A stretch of 62,323 nucleotides of DNA, filler included, from Circinaria calcarea (GCA_051942165.1; 27 parts of 27 records of this genome joined end to end with filler, not necessarily neighbours in it), one strand, 5' to 3'; numbered from the whole stretch's first letter, positions 37,084-50,921 are shown. Numbers and translations are program-made. Notes: generated by a model from the letters alone, not told the origin.

Positions 37084-37980
37084 CTCCATAATTAATACCC
37101 TTCGCAAAAAGAAAGTTTGTACAGTCGCTCCGATACCCGGGGTAAGCTTAACTAGACTGCCGCATTCTCGAACATGAAAATACTAATTATAACAAGGAAA
37201 CCAAGGTTTGGCAGTACATTGTACGTCAAAATCTTTACCATGCAAAGGAATTATGAATATATTTTTTCGACTAACCTATTCCTAGACATTGATGAAACGC
37301 ATATATCTTATCGATTGTCCCGGAGTCGTACCGCCCAGTAATAATGACTCGGAACAAGACATCCTTTTGCGGGGTGTAGTCAGGGTTGAAAATGTCGAAA
37401 ACCCAGAACAGTACATTGCTGCGGTTCTGAGCAAAACGAAACCTCAGCATATAGAGCGCACTTATGATATCAAAGGCTACAGCGACTCCACCGAATTTCT
37501 AGAACTATTAGCACGAAAAGGAGGTAGACTACTAAAAGGAGTAAGGGCTCTTGAATATCACTGAAATGCAACTCGCTTACCAAATGCCAGGGCGAAGCAG
37601 ACGTCGACGGTGTCGCGAAGATGGTTCTGAACGATTTTCTGCGTGGTAAAATCCCATGGTTCACTCCACCACCTGTCGTGGAAGGTGAGGTCGGCGGAAA
37701 AGGCGTGGAGGGTCGTGAAGGTCGATTGGGAGAGATGGGCAAGAAGAGAAAGCGAGAGGATGACGATACAGCGGATAGCAGCCGACCAACAGAGAGCGTT
37801 GTTGCAGACGCCATTGCAGTTCTCCCTCAGCCAGCCGATGAAATTGAAGAGTTTGAAGGGTTCGAGGAAGAGAACGGTGGTGTTGAGATACAGGCCGAAA
37901 TCTCCCCGGGACTTGGGACAGATGCAGAGGATAGTGATACCCAACAACAGGAGTCCTTGGCAAGAATTGAGGAGGGCTGA
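37084..37980 (+). CDS. NOG2: Nucleolar GTP-binding protein 2, C-terminal part (5' truncated)
   Basis: SIINTLRKKKVCTVAPIPG|ETKVWQYI|TLMKRIYLIDCPG...GRLLKG|GEADVDGVAKMVLNDFLRGKIPWF. Three introns. Confidence 0.95.
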
Positions 37981-40264
37981 AACGTTAGGTGATCCTGCCT
38001 ACTCGATTATTCGACTTTCCAAATCCATGGAAGACCTCGCTCGATCTTCCCTCCGGTCGGATACTCTGGTGACAAGTTCTGACTGCGACTGTCAAGTTTG
38101 ATACGAAGCTACAGTTACATCTACTGTCAGAACAGAAAGAACCCCCAGAACTTCGCCACGTTGCGAACGCCTCTTGTTTCGAACTTTTGTTGCTAGGCAC
38201 CTTGCTGAATGAGGGCCAGAGTAGGAGCAACGAATCGCGAATGGAATAGAAAGATGGAGAGAAATGGTCCTGTAGGGGGAATGTAGAGGGAACCGGAAGG
38301 GTGCAGGTATAGATAGATGTAGCTTGGATGAGGAAAGGTGGAGGTTTTATTCCAGTATAGCAAGGGAAAATTCGCTGAGATCTTATATCCACCAATTCCC
38401 CTCCCCCAGCCTCGCCTCCTTTTCTAAATTTTTTCCCACACTTGGAAGGGTTTCGTTCGGTACAATGCCCCCAATTCTCCACAACCCCCCCCCCTTCTCA
38501 AATCATTGTATAGACAGGGGTTTTTCCCAAGTCCTCACCATATTCAAAAACTCGTTGCTTGTAAAAACACATCTGGGGAGACTAAGAGATCTGTCTCTCT
38601 CTCTTTGAGAAAGGTAACGAAAATGAAGAGGTGAGGATAGTGAGGGAAGTAACCTATGCGTTAACGTATCCCTACCCGTACCCGTGCCTACTTTACACTA
38701 CCTACCTTATGGTACACTACTTACCTGGTAAGAGAAAAACAAAACACTTTGCCCCAAATCTGGGGGGGGGGGGGTTTCTTGTATATATAGAGCGCCGCGC
38801 TTGTGTACTTCTGTACTTCTGTACTTCGTATTCCATGTATTGTATTCCATGTAGGTATCGTGTCGTGTTCCGAACCTTAATCGAGGGATTCATTCGAACT
38901 CGAACTTCACCCGAACTTAATTGATGGCTGTATGAATAGCTTGTCGTTCGTGGGGAAATAAAGAGGAAGATGAAAGGGGAGATGAAAGGGGAGATGAAAG
39001 GGAAGATGAAAGGGAAGATGGTGAGATGGTGAGATGGACGGTTGGGAAAGGTTAGGGAAGGAGGGGGGGAAGATGGAAGTTAGGGATAGGAACGGGGACG
39101 GGGTATGGAGTTGAGACAATTGGAACCAGCTCGGTTTTGCTTTACCCCCCGGGGGAATTCTTTTCCTTTCGCCTTCTCGCTTTCTCGCGGGAAAGCTGGC
39201 ATAGGAGCTAGCATAGCGGCTAGCATAGGAGTTAGATGTGGTGGTAAATAGCAAATAGCAAATGCAAACTGAGTAGGCTTCCTCTTCCTCNNNNNNNNNN
39301 NNNNNNNNNNNNNNNNNNNNNNNNNNNNNNNNNNTTAATTAATTAANNNNNNNNNNNNNNNNNNNNNNNNNNNNNNNNNNNNNNNNNNNNCCCCCTGGTC
39401 GTCGGAAAAGACCTCATCCAACGTGTCAGCCGTCTATTCCACTGATCTCTCCCTGCCTTAGTCTTACCGCAGCAGCATGACGAGGCAGCTCCGAATACAA
39501 GGGCCCAGCCGGGCATTCGCGGGCGCTTCCATTCTGCACCTGCTGCGCCTTCCATGCAGAGCTAACACTGTGCTCCCCTCTTGGCGGTCCGAGAGGAGGG
39601 GAATCTGACGGAAACCACTGTACGCATGGTCATCCCCCACGGGGGTGTAGCAGTCTTTAGCAGACATTGTCGGGCTCACTACCTTAGGCAGTACTAGAGA
39701 AAAGAAGTCATCACGAAGGAATGTTCCGTGGGGGTGATTGCAAAGAGAGTTTGGCCAAGAAGCACCGGGAGTGAAGGCCGAACTTCCAGTATAAAGGTAG
39801 ACGAGTTTCCCGCAGCAAAACCTGTCTTAGCGTTTAGCATGGCATTGGCCTCTACCTGAAGCCGACAGCGTCCGGGAGCCGGCACTGTTCCAAGGCCTTC
39901 AATCAAAGATGGGTAGGCACGGTCGGGGTTACTTCCGCCCAATCTCCTAAAGTTGAGAGTGGTGGCGGAGTTGAGCGGGATGAATTACTGTTGACTGCTA
40001 TGGGGTATTGAAGGGACCAAAACCCTTTGAGTAGTTAAATCAGGAGTGCCAACGAATATGTGGACGGGCTAAAATCGCCAATAGATGAAGCCTTCAGGCG
40101 CCAGTCAAGACGTCGGGCACATTCCCGCCCCGAATACCATGTAGAAGGCGACGCCCGATTTCGAGGCTAACAAGTCCTCAGGTACACATCGCCTACAGAA
40201 CAGGGCGATTGTTTGGACACGGGTGTGGCCATGGTCAACCCAATAAAGAACCCCGGTCTTCCAC

Positions 40265-41597
40265 CTAGTAATCCCACACCGGTAGGTCAATGTCGACCAC
40301 GATAGGTTTGTGATGTCTTTTGCCACCGCAGCCTTTGTGTGGCCAGCTCGACGCCATCATAGCCGCGTTGATGATGCAAGTTTCTTTTCTGCCCAGGCCA
40401 TTCGTCAAAGCGTCCAGACCACAATGCCTCAACGGGGGCAAGCCACCCTCGCGCTCGCCCTGGCCCTGGCCCTGGCTACGTGTCCAAGGCTCTGTGGCTT
40501 CATGAGAACTACGCTCAGGGAAAAGAGAACCAAGAAACTCGAAAGACACAGTATTGGAAGCAGCGCATTGGATGACAGGGTAGTCTATCTCAGGAGGAGT
40601 TGAGGCATCGGTCAGTGACGGCTGTGAAGGTATCGAATGGGAAGCAATTGGAGGATACTGCTTATCTCGTCCCGGGCGTAAATAAGACCAGCAGGGTGAC
40701 TTTCGATTCAGTCTATCGGCCGTAGTAACTGAACCTACGGGTTCCCTATTCGCAGGACGATTGCCGTCGTTGTCAAGCGGCTGTCCTCCTCTGATACTTA
40801 GATCTACGAGTGACTGCTTCTTGTTACCAAGGCCAGGGTCAATCCAGTACCTTGTGTGTTCCTCGTTGTGCTTCATATTCGGACTCGTGAGATCCCACCG
40901 AACACGCTCTACGCCTCTGCCTTCGTGCACATGGCCGCACACAGCAAATCGAGGTCGAACACGCCACAGTGTGCGTCGTAGAGTCTCACATCCAGCTGCT
41001 TCCCTGCTTCGGGACTCGTCACAATGATATTTCGGGGGTGTATGCGTGACGACAATGTCGGCATCCAAGGGTATTTGGTTCCATAGATCCGCGGCCTTCT
41101 CAGGTTGATATCCGAATGCCCAGAGGTCTTTGGCTGGTGAGTACGGAGACGCGAAGATCTTGAAGGTGGTTTTTGGACCCCCAGGTTTTTGGAGACGAAC
41201 CGTAGAAGATTCGTGATTCAGATAAGTGACGGAAGGGGAAGTTTGAATTAGTTCGAGGCACTTTGCCGAATCCTGAGGAGACTGGTTATGAAAAGATGGG
41301 CCATGTTGGGAATAGAAATCGGAATCTAGAGTAATGTCATGATTGCCTGGAAGTTCTCAGCCAAGGATCGCTGGGCTAGAACGAGCCCTTCAAGGTCAAG
41401 TACCTGCAATCACTATTTTGGCTTCGAAATCTGCCTGCTCGATCCAGTCAATGGTTCGCTGCAGCTCAGACAGAGTGCCCTGATTTGTCAAGTCTCCGGC
41501 ATGTATCAGCACGTCGCCTTTTGGCAGCTTGAACGAACCGTTTGTCGGGGATGCATTGTGAGTGTCCGAGACACAAACGAAGCGGGTTTTCCGCAAC
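40265..41597 (-). CDS. Calcineurin-like metallophosphoesterase (MPPED/239FB-like; 5' end at contig edge)
   Basis: CVSDTH, LIHAGDLT, IAG|NHD, VTHTPP, GCETL, CGHVHEG and KETCIINAA. One intron ~41349-41401. Confidence 0.9.
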
Positions 41598-41697
41598 NNN
41601 NNNNNNNNNNNNNNNNNNNNNNNNNNNNNNNNNNNNNNNNNTTAATTAATTAANNNNNNNNNNNNNNNNNNNNNNNNNNNNNNNNNNNNNNNNNNNN

Positions 41698-43381
41698 AAA
41701 GCGAGTAACTCTTGGAGAATTGGCAGAGGCTGCTGTTCTAGATCAGCAGCCCTTTGATCCAGAGGAGCGGCTGCTAGATCCCTCCTTTATCCTGGAACTC
41801 TTGGGTAGTCTAATCAGCATCTCTCAGAAGCGTGATAACTATCACGAAGTAGTCGCACACCGTGCTGTCGCCAGCAAAACATGCAGCTTCAAAGACATCA
41901 AAGGCATATGTGGACCGTACGATGTTTTAGGGGACAATTTCAGAAATAGCAACAGTGCAGATCTACTTTACAATGGTACTGAGAATGTGGTGGGGCCGAA
42001 GGACAACCTTCTAGAGCTGTCTGGAATTGTTCGGCTAGCTCATTACTCTGTTGAGGAATATTTGGTATCTTCAAGGATTTGCGATGGAGTAGCCTCGCCC
42101 TTTGGGCTATCTCGAATTATAGCTCACCAGTTTATCGCAGAAAGCTGTCTAAGATGTATTGATTTTTGGGCTCAAACCGCTTTCCTAGAACCACCTAGCC
42201 AATGCGAGGCTAGAAGCAAAATTTTAGATTATCACCAAACCTTTCCCCTCCTGTCTTATGCAGGTCGATACTGGCCTATTCACACCAATCTTATTCCTGT
42301 GAGATCGCAAAGAAGTATGGATCTCCTTTTTTTGAAGATATTTCATCCACAACATGGGATGCTCTCATGGATTAGCCGAGCCGTGCTGCCACTCGTCATG
42401 CCCCAGACTTCTCTGTGGCTAGTTCAACCTTCATTAGCCACCAAACATACATTACCTCTCTACATCGCTATTCATCTCGGAATAATAGGGCTTGTGCAGT
42501 TGCTGCTTGAATTCAAGCCCGATGTCAACGAGAGAAATCCTAGGGGGAAGACAGCGCTTTGTTTTGCATTCTATCGAGAGAAAGAGGAGATTGTAGATAT
42601 CCTACTACATCATGGTTTCAATGTCAACGATAAAGATCCTAAGGGTGAAACGCCATTGCACCAGGCGATGGGGCGTGGGAACGTAACAATAGTACAGTCA
42701 CTACTCAACAATGGAGCTGAAGTCTAAGCAATGAATTTTCGTCTCCGGACTCCATTGTATAAAGCGGTTTATGTGGAGGATGCTAAAGCAGTGCGACTCT
42801 TGCTTAACCATGGAGCTGAAGTATCATTGGGGGACGAATACCTTCAGACACCATTACATCTAGCGGCTGTTAACGGCCGCGATCTTGGAAGAGTCCGATT
42901 TTTTCTTAGCCATGAGCCTGACGTCAACGCACAAGATAATTATAAGTACACAGCGCTACACAAACCGAGTGTTGAATCAGATCCAACAATAATTCGACTT
43001 TTACTACAATACCATGCTAACGTGAACGCAAGAAATTACAAGTGGCAAACGCCACTTCACGACGCCTTGAAGTCATTCTATTTATTTGATAGATGTTACG
43101 CAAAGAATTATCGCTTATTGCTCGAACATGGCGCAGACGACGGGGTAAAAGACCATAACGGAAACACTCCATTGCATCTAGCGGTCCAATGCAAAGAATG
43201 TGTAGCATTATTGCTTGAGTACAATGCAGATATTTTAGCCAACAATGACGACGGGATGACGCCTTTACAAATAGTGGAAAACAAGGAGGTGAAATGTCTT
43301 TTACAAGAGAGAATGGATGCCGTACTGAAGGTTATTGACTTACGAGCCTTAGATAACGAACAACGAAAGGCGAAGAGCTGA
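41698..43381 (+). pseudogene. NACHT-ankyrin (fungal NLR-like) gene, C-terminal part, interrupted by an in-frame TAA
   Basis: Post-NACHT helical motifs ELAEA, LGSLI, RLAHYSVEEYL and LLSYAGRYWPIH, followed by about 9 ankyrin repeats. ORFs 41720-42727 and 42731-43381 are in the same frame, split by TAA at 42725-42727. Confidence 0.8.
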
Positions 43382-44406
43382 GATCAAGCAATTGATAGAA
43401 GAGCTGGGTTTCCCAAGGGAAAACTCGAAGTATCGGGAAGGTGATTACGCTTATGAGCTTGGGAAAAACTTTTTACCTCCTCGCAGCGATACGTTTGAAG
43501 AAAGCGAATAGAGTCGAAAAAGTTTACACAATGCTCAGGAAGAACGAGCGGAGTTAATCTGAAGATTTTGGTTAGGTGGCGCTAAACTAGCGTGGCAGTT
43601 GTGGTATTTGAATAGCATGTCTTTATTCCTCCTCCTCCTCCTCTCCTCGTGTCTAGAAAGAGAATTGCCTCAGTTGATCAAATAGACCAACCGCAGGATT
43701 TATGCAACAAGGAAAAAGTCCTTCACTTGTAAGTACCACAGGGTTCAACATGTCTACACAACCCCAAACCCCCCCGCTCAACTCGAAGGTGTCGTTTTCT
43801 GCGCAGTTACAGCTCCAGCTCCAGCTCCCTTGTGTCATGCCGGGGGTGGGGAATTGACAAAAAACTCTTAAAAGTCCCATATCCGATCAACTTCTGCCAC
43901 CACCNNNNNNNNNNNNNNNNNNNNNNNNNNNNNNNNNNNNNNNNNNNNTTAATTAATTAANNNNNNNNNNNNNNNNNNNNNNNNNNNNNNNNNNNNNNNN
44001 NNNNCTCTGCAAGAAAAAAATAAAAAAACCCGGGAGCCCCCCAAAAAAGAAACAAGCAAGTAAGTAAGGTAAGTAAGGTGGGTAGGTAGACACTTAGGCA
44101 AAGCAAAAAGCAAAAAGCAAAAAGCAAAAGTAACCAACCAACCAACCGAGACGAAGACAAACCCGCGTCGACAAGAAGCGAAAGAAAGAAGATCCCCCGG
44201 TGGGGTTTGTGGGGTTTCTTTTGGGCGGGGAGGAAATCCATGAGCGAGCGATGGTCTCACGTGCTACTGTTGGGTGATCCGTGAATTCCATTCGGAAATA
44301 GGCTAGAATCTCAGGCGCAGCCAACTACTAACCGGCACGCAGCACGTGGTTCGAATGCAAAATAAAACTCCGAGTCTGACTAGTGAGACAATACCCTTAC
44401 CCTACC

Positions 44407-46210
44407 CTACTCGGCCCCAACGCCCACCTCCCTCAAAACCGGATACAGTCCTCCACCCATTTCCGTCTCGCCCCCCTCATTCTTGACCATCCCCCGACTC
44501 GTCTCCACATTGTCGTTGTTGTCGTCCTCCTCCCACTCGCCTCGCTCTAACCTTCCCTTCACAAACGCCCGCATCGCTTCCAACAATCGCATATTCTCCA
44601 CCCAGGTTTCGTCGACTTCTCCGCTCGCAACGGCCGGTGGCGTTGGCGAGTCTGAGCTCTCACTGGCACCAAACCCACCCGCAAGGGCGGGGTCGATGTT
44701 GTGTTTCGATATCTTGGAGCTACTGACATTGTTGTGGGTGAAGATGGGTGTATCGACATTGGAAGCAGGCGCGTCGTCTACGTCCATCGGCTCGTCATGA
44801 CCGGCCTCCTCTTCGTGCTTGACTTCAACGATACCGCGGGCCGGCGGAGCCTTCTGCAAGATACCGCCGCTATGGCGACGAGGTAGGTCGTGCTCAAACT
44901 GTGTTCCCAGATTTGAAGAGGGTGCCATGTTTGGATTGGACGTCGCCGTGGCAGGCAGAGTTGGGTACATGGATGCACCAATTACAGGGGGAGACATGCC
45001 GCTATTTGATGCGTTCGACCTGGGTGACTGCCCGGAGCTGTAGGAGATGACCGTTGAACCTGGAGTGAGATCTGGTGTGCTGCCGTGATTAGAAGCGTTG
45101 GACACGTGATTGCTTGGTAGTGGTAAGCCAGCAGGTGGTGAATTGCTGTGACGAAACGACGTGCCCCTAGAGACATGTTGGGCACCCACATGGGTTATGC
45201 CCGAGGCATTTATTGAACCTGCGTTTTCGTAGGCACTCCCAGACATCTGTTCGAGGATGTGATCAATTGCTGTAAGATCACTCTTGGTACGGAGATTTGG
45301 CATGGGTGGAAGGGCATAGCCATGGGAAGCCGTGGGACCATACACACCCCCGCTTTGGGTGCTTACCATGCTTTGAGCGGAATAATCGGCCATAGCGCCT
45401 CCTCCAAGCGGGATAGGAAGCTGAACACCCTGGAAAGCCAGGAGCCGGTTACCGACCTCTGCGTATGAGTTAGGGTCAAAGTTGCGTCGCTTCGCATCAC
45501 CGAAGAAATCGTTGAGAGTATCGAGGCCCCTCTTACGACTCTCGTAGGATGTGTTGCTTCCAATGTCGGGGCCACTGTTTACGTTATAGTACACAGGACC
45601 GTATGATGTCGAAGTTTGCTGCGCTGTTGGAGCATAGTAGCCTTGAGAACCCGTGGGCCCTTGGTATCCGTAGGCCATCGTCACGTTTGATTGGAGTGAG
45701 CTATCGTTATAGAAGCCTGGCGCTATAGCATGGGTTAGCTAAACACCCTCCAATCAAGGCTTTGTATTTGGACTTGGCAGAAATAGTTGCGGTGAGGCCA
45801 TAATAGTGTAATGCCATAGAGGATATTATTGCTTAAACAGCATTCACTAAGAAAACCTTGGTATTCTGAAGAAGCTCAATACACCATTCGTAGGACTAAT
45901 TTTCCTCCCCACCCAATCGAAGACTAAAACGGTCCATAGCTAACAGTGGGGGTTCTCTCATATATTACTCAAGGATACGAACGCGTAGATAGTAATCGGT
46001 TCACTAACCTCTCTGCTGATTGCCCATGTTGTACCCTCCTGCGCCATGGTGATGCTGTCGATTTGCATTCGCAGGTTCGGGAGAGTGCATGATGACTGAA
46101 TCATCGGCATGAGTCTTGACGTGCTTCTTCAAATCCTGAGGCCGCTTGAAAGACTTTCCGCAAAAGTCACACTTGTGCGGCTTCAGAGGCACATGGACCC
46201 GGATGTGGGA
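44407..46210 (-). CDS. pacC: pH-response C2H2 transcription factor PacC/Rim101 (5' truncated)
   Basis: [64 protein letters not shown], and YPxL motifs (YPTL, YPVL). Intron 45723-46008. Confidence 0.97.
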
Positions 46211-46310
46211 NNNNNNNNNNNNNNNNNNNNNNNNNNNNNNNNNNNNNNNNNNNNTTAATTAATTAANNNNNNNNNNNNNNNNNNNNNNNNNNNNNNNNNN
46301 NNNNNNNNNN

Positions 46311-47400
46311 AAGGAACAGAGGGGTAGCCTCTTTGATACCAACCCTGTGGAGGGATATGTTCGGGAACATATATTACTGACCCGTTCGTTTGAAAATAGG
46401 CCCCTAGGGAAGATGCCATAGAAACTTCATTAACTACGCCGCCGGCTCCAATGGTCCCATTCGAGAAAAGTCCACGATGAAATAAGTAGCACCAATAGCC
46501 GAGGCAGCTTGGAGAGGGCGGAAGTAGAAATACGGATTATTGCCCCTCGAACTTTGGCACTGATGGGCAAAACGCTGGATATGGGCCGGAACATTGTATT
46601 GGCCACCACAGTATTGCTTCAGTACGCTTTGTAAAACTAGAAAGATACTCGGATTCGAGTTGTGGTTATCTCCATTACAAAGATAGAAGTCACACCTAGT
46701 GCCATAGGCATCTCCTTCATTAAACGTTAGGTGGCCAGGGAGACCTATTTCAGTACCTAGCGAACCCCTAATGACGCCGAGTGAGTTAGTGAGTTTGTGT
46801 GCGAGCATCTGTACCATTGATAGAGTATGTTATGGATGGAACGTCTCCAGCAAAGAGAACAGAACCGCCTATAAGGAATGTAGTAAGGTCCACTCCCATA
46901 TTGAACTTGGGCTGATGCCTTGATGGTTTGCGCGACAGTTACAGTCCCACTCCTTGCAATGTATCCATGATTGGCCAAAGGATTAAGGCCCGGGCAGGGG
47001 CCCTCGTTGGTAGGTTAGATTGGGATCTTGATAGAATACGCAGATTCTGGAAATCTCTTCAAAAGCCAGCAGTATTAATAGGTTAAACCTAGCAAGGAGT
47101 GCTGAAGGTAATTCGTGGTTTAGTGATATAAAGATCATTTACTTCGTTGTCGTCCCAGGCTGGAGACATATTGCCCAAAATTTTGGAAGATCTTCCTTTG
47201 CTGCGCATAGAGATCTTGAATTAGCTGAACTATCTCGAGAATTCTCTCGACAGCATCAAATCCGCGCTTTGCATTGTTTTGGAAATCAATGAGTTTGAAA
47301 TCAGGATAGAGCCAAGGCAAGGCAAGACAGAGACGCTTGGAAGAAGAGAGCTGCTAGAACAAAGACTGCTACATTTCTGCGTAGGAAACTCAGTCCATTC
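46311..47400 (-). pseudogene. Heme-thiolate peroxidase (unspecific peroxygenase/chloroperoxidase family), frameshifted; boundaries approximate
   Basis: GPCPGLNPLANHGYI (PCP heme-ligand motif), EGDAYGTRCD and SRGNNPYF. The pieces lie in different frames. Confidence 0.7.
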
Positions 47401-48616
47401 GGATTGCCTGTATATCAAGTAAAGATTCAGCATCATGGCCTGGACTTTAACTTTGGCTTTGCATCACTGTGATGCTACGTATGGTTTTGTAATATCCCTG
47501 ACTCCAGGTTGTTCTAGCATGGCTATGGATTCGTAGAGGAGGAGACGGTCAATTTTAGCAAGCGTCCACTTGTCCATCACTGGCTTGGTTCTAGATAGCC
47601 CGGCATAGGATCAAGACTCCGGGCCTCTTCAAAGAGTCCGAGATTTTCCCTAGCGCCGCTCGAGGTCAGAGCACATGAAGTGGCGCCTTTCAAAACATCG
47701 CAAACAGCCAGAGACGGCACGTCAGAGCTGGGTAGCGTGTCAACCGTACTGCATCCGGTTAACGAGGGATATCAACGGGCAATGTCAGTTTCATGCACTG
47801 CCGTACCAAGCTGAGCGAGGCTTCAAGGGAAGCCATTGAGCCTGGTTTTTCAGAGACTTCCTGTATGCGCGATATCTGCCTCTCGTGTATCTGAATTGAG
47901 GTTCCGTGGAGAACCCTCCGCAATGGAACAAGGTCGGCATGTCATACCTGGAAATCGTTAGAGGGTATCTATGATTGATCCCCTGGAAAGGCCTCCTGCA
48001 CGTCAAGGCAAAAGAACGAATCGGTTGGAACTGTTCCCCTTGAACCGGTCACCGAAAGCGCATCATACGTACGGGGCTTGGAAAGCAGTCCGTTGCAGCA
48101 CTATTCTATGCCTTGAGATGGAAAATCTCAAGAATATGTGCCCTTGCATCCTAATTCCTTATTCTAAATCCCCAGTCCCGAGAAAAGGAAGTTCTTGAGG
48201 ATGAGACTTTGGCAAAGTCCATAGCGTGGTGATTCCGTGAAACATCAGAGACTTACCCGGCTGTCGCTTATCAGCTAGCGCAGTTTGACGGCTATATTAT
48301 TGCCGCCCACGCCCCAAACTTTTCTTTTCCTCTTCATACTTACCTTGTTGGAGCAACCGTGATCAAAAAGACGGTCTGCTATGATTCGAGCCCTACATTG
48401 CACATCGTGGAGGCAAGAGTCATCGAGTGTCCTTCGGGGCCCTCGCTGGCGGAATTTTTGATGGTCTTCCTCACCTTAGAGGTCAGTCTTTCATTGATGG
48501 TTTGCCTGGTGCATTCNNNNNNNNNNNNNNNNNNNNNNNNNNNNNNNNNNNNNNNNNNNNTTAATTAATTAANNNNNNNNNNNNNNNNNNNNNNNNNNNN
48601 NNNNNNNNNNNNNNNN

Positions 48617-49054
48617 CTGCTGGCCTGGATCTATGAGAAGTTGCATGACTGGACGGACAGCTATCCTTGGACTGATGATGAGATTCTCACCTGGGTGAGC
48701 ATTTACTGGTTCTCGACGGCTGGCCCTGCAGCAAGCCTGCGAATCTACTACGAAGCTTTACATGAAACGGGAAGCTTGGGGGTGAATCGATCAAGGACAT
48801 GGCAATGGATTGGGGGTGTCAAGTTGGGCCTTAGCTACTTCCCAAAGGAGCTCGTGATCATGCCTAAAACCTATGGGCGTACCCTTGGCCCAGTCGTGTA
48901 TGAAAACGATCACAAGCATGGGGGTCACTTTGCGGCTACGGAAAAGCCTGAAGGGATTGCGAGTGATTTGAAGAAGATGTTTGGCAAAGGCGGCGGTGCC
49001 TACGGGGTTATCCGGGGCAAGAATGGGTATGACTTGAGATCGTCAAGGCTGTAG
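48617..49054 (+). CDS. Microsomal-type epoxide hydrolase, C-terminus (5' truncated)
   Basis: [32 protein letters not shown] and [10 protein letters not shown]. Confidence 0.93.
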   Translation: MLAWIYEKLHDWTDSYPWTDDEILTWVSIYWFSTAGPAASLRIYYEALHETGSLGVNRSRTWQWIGGVKLGLSYFPKELVIMPKTYGRTLGPVVYENDHKHGGHFAATEKPEGIASDLKKMFGKGGGAYGVIRGKNGYDLRSSRL

Positions 49055-49645
49055 AGACAACTCGTATTAGGATAGTAATTTGACGAGAAGCTATGGGAAA
49101 CCTCCAGGATTACAACGCAGATTGCTACACGTGATTTCTTAGACATGATGGGCATAATACTTTGTACAAAGTTGGATAAAATAACAAACACCCACCCCGG
49201 CGTAACTCAATGCCGAAGCTCCCGTATCTCAAAGTTCACATGCACATATGGTAGTGGCTCGCTTCCGTTCTTAGCGTCGGGTTGGAGCAATTTGAACTCC
49301 GAACTCCGCAATTGTTCCGGGATGTCTCCGCAGGGAGACAACGGAGATTATCGCCGGCAGGAGGCTTCAATTGGAGGATGTTGACTGATCCTGCATCCTG
49401 TAAAGGACACCACACCTTTCCACCTACCGAGTGTTGACCGTCTTCATTGGCCTCTCTCATCTCGATTGATTTCCAAGCGTCGTTCGATCAAAACCATTCG
49501 GAGGTGTTCGATACGAGCAGACCAATCATCACTGAGACCGCTCTATACTATGTGCTTTGCAGCCTACTTTGCAACTCCTATATATCTCTGTATTGGTGGT
49601 CACCCTCAGTCGATTCATCTTCCAATCTGCAACTGAGTGCTCTTC

Positions 49646-50821
49646 ATGATGGCTGTAATTGACATCCCTAGTTTCCTTCAACTCTTTGTTGGCAGCTCTG
49701 CTCTGTTGGCTGTTTATTATGCATATTGGCAGTTCACAATTGGTGGTTCTAGGAGGAGAATGATTGGGGAGAACGGATGCAAACCGGTGAAAAGACTACC
49801 GACCGTAGACCCGTTCTTTGGATTGGATCTGTTCAGACAGACACTCAAATACCTAAAGCAACATACTCTACTGGAGAGAGCACGAGAACGGTTCAGACGT
49901 ATGGGCAATACCTTTGCAATTAAATCCATCACTGGAACAGTTATTATCACCATTGAACCCGAAAACTTGAAGGAAATTCAGTCTCTACAATTCAAAAATT
50001 GGAGCTTAGGACACCGTAGAAAGGTTGCTTTCCAAAATCTCCTCGGTCCGGGAATCTTCGTGACAGATGGTGCAGCGTGGCAGCGTTCGAGAGACCTCCT
50101 GAGGCCAAACTTCGTACGAAGTCAGATTGGCGATCTCCGGACTTTCGAGACGCACGTCAATCACTTGATCCAGGCGATACCTCGCGATGGCTCCACGGTC
50201 AATCTGCAAGATCTGTTCCTTCGCTTGACAATCGATTCTGCGACCGAGTTTCTGTTTGGAGAATCGACCAATTGCTTGGCTCCGGGTACTTCGACCGAGC
50301 TAAACACAAAGTTCGCGGAGGCTTTCAATCGATCTCAGGACGCCATCAGCAGGCATGCGAGATATGGTCGATTCGGTTCTTTGGTCCCGGACCCAGAATT
50401 CGCCCGCGATGCCAAGTATGTACACGCTTTTGTCGACGACTTGGTAGAGAAGGGTATGGCACGTCGAGAGACGCAGGAGTCCGAGAAAGACGAAGGGCGC
50501 TACGTGTTCCTACAGCAACTCGTCACGCAAACCCAGGACAAACATCAGATCCGAAGTGAGCTGCTAAATGTATTACTGGCCGGCCGCGACACCACTGCAT
50601 CGTTATTAAGGTATATTTAAGCCCTGATACTTACAGTTGTCCACTAACAAACACAGTAATGTCTGGTGGGAAATAGCAAGAAGACCCGATGTATGGGCGA
50701 AACTTCGCAAGGAGGTTGATGCTTTAGGAGGAGTGGCCCCAACTTTTGAACAGATCAAGGACATGAGATACTTGAGAGCGGTACTGAATGAGTGTAAGCC
50801 ACCATCGTTACCTTCATTCCC
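49646..50821 (+). CDS. Cytochrome P450, CYP52 clan (3' truncated)
   Basis: N-terminal anchor, GIFVTDG, LLRPNF, TIDSATEFLFGES, I-helix LLAGRDTTASLL and start of the ExxR helix. Intron ~50611-50657. Confidence 0.95.
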
Positions 50822-50921
50822 NNNNNNNNNNNNNNNNNNNNNNNNNNNNNNNNNNNNNNNNNNNNTTAATTAATTAANNNNNNNNNNNNNNNNNNNNNNN
50901 NNNNNNNNNNNNNNNNNNNNN

